The translations under genes were made by a program, and so were the position numbers. Under the pieces are notes generated by a model. It searched no databases, was not told where the DNA came from, and saw nothing but the letters and a program-made list of their open reading frames with translations. A stretch of 64,000 nt of DNA. Source: a virus. Below, one piece after another: positions 63,504 through 64,000 of the stretch (positions within the stretch are counted from its first letter, which is position 1; every line of letters starts with the position of its first letter). The DNA lies in the IMG/VR virus record IMGVR_UViG_3300041964_000072, positions 68,739 through 132,738 of that record; one strand, given 5' to 3'.

Positions 63504-63544
63504 TAATCTCGCTGAGTATGTCAACAGGGGTAACATTCAATACA
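63414..63544 (+). ncRNA. Native omega-RNA overlapping the tnpB 3' end plus flanking guide
   Basis: Ends GAGTATGTCAA at 63524; loop TTGACA (63465-63470) pairs with TGTCAA (63519-63524). Confidence 0.8.
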
Positions 63545-63565
63545 CGCAAACAACAGGAGTTTACA

Positions 63566-63754
63566 ATGCGCCAAATCATCGAAATTTTCAGCAATGAAGT
63601 ACTATTCCGGTACATCCCATTCCTACGAGACAATGACACAGCCATAAGAATAATCGTTGTGTTAACTTTCTTTGGCTTGATATCCCTACCACTAATTGTA
63701 TTTACAGTCAAAGACTACCTAGAATATCGTCCGGAAAAATCAGACAAAAGATGA
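63566..63754 (+). CDS. Small membrane protein
   Basis: CAGGAG RBS and one long hydrophobic segment. Confidence 0.5.
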   Translation: MRQIIEIFSNEVLFRYIPFLRDNDTAIRIIVVLTFFGLISLPLIVFTVKDYLEYRPEKSDKR

Positions 63755-63996
63755 ATTCTCCGGAAATTTACACCAACAGGTAATGGTGGTAGAGTTTGTA
63801 ACTGTCGGTTTACACTTGCCACCATTTTCTTTTCTCTATCAAATCCTTTTTTGATACCCTTTTTGTAATTATTCCGCTTAACAAGATTTCTGTTTGTTGC
63901 GAGTATTCCTTTCCGGACACCTGTACCCATTGCTTCAAGTCGAGGCATACGTTTGTCTTTTGATACCCGCTTGGCAACCCTATACCCTTTTTTCAC
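63715..63996 (-). CDS. Highly basic protein (possibly 5'-truncated by window edge)
   Basis: Lys/Arg-rich ORF running to the window edge. Confidence 0.45.
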   Translation of the reverse strand: MKKGYRVAKRVSKDKRMPRLEAMGTGVRKGILATNRNLVKRNNYKKGIKKGFDREKKMVASVNRQLQTLPPLPVGVNFRRIHLLSDFSGRYSR

Positions 63997-64000
63997 GGGT

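Noticed and set aside
413-63711. Many short antisense or alternate-frame ORFs in the six-frame track
   Set aside because: They overlap well-supported genes, lack RBSs and have non-protein-like composition.

Overview
This is a 64 kb segment of a large, probably temperate cyanophage or prophage; at least 36 HIP1 GCGATCGC octamers point to a cyanobacterial host. From left to right it contains: a 5'-truncated tyrosine integrase; a putative small terminase on the minus strand; tandem promoters and a boxA-containing, highly structured ~430 nt leader; about 28 kb of small co-oriented early/accessory ORFs (3.8-32 kb) broken up by intrinsic terminators, with paralogue families, a DGQHR protein and Ocr-like candidates; a second boxA leader RNA followed by an RpoA-like gene; a recombination/replication module (Sak-like annealase, SSB, exonuclease, frameshifted primase, helicase, PolA); nucleotide metabolism (nrdA, nrdB, dut, thyX, dNMP kinase); a C5 methyltransferase; RuvC; and macro, Nudix and SLOG proteins. 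The standout feature is near the right end. A catalytically intact TnpB is preceded by four tandem copies of its own omega-RNA scaffold. Each copy has a covarying loop-TTGA/TCAA pseudoknot and a different downstream guide, which makes a CRISPR-like five-guide TnpB locus that appears no longer mobile. All protein calls come from motif recognition by eye; no database searches were run.
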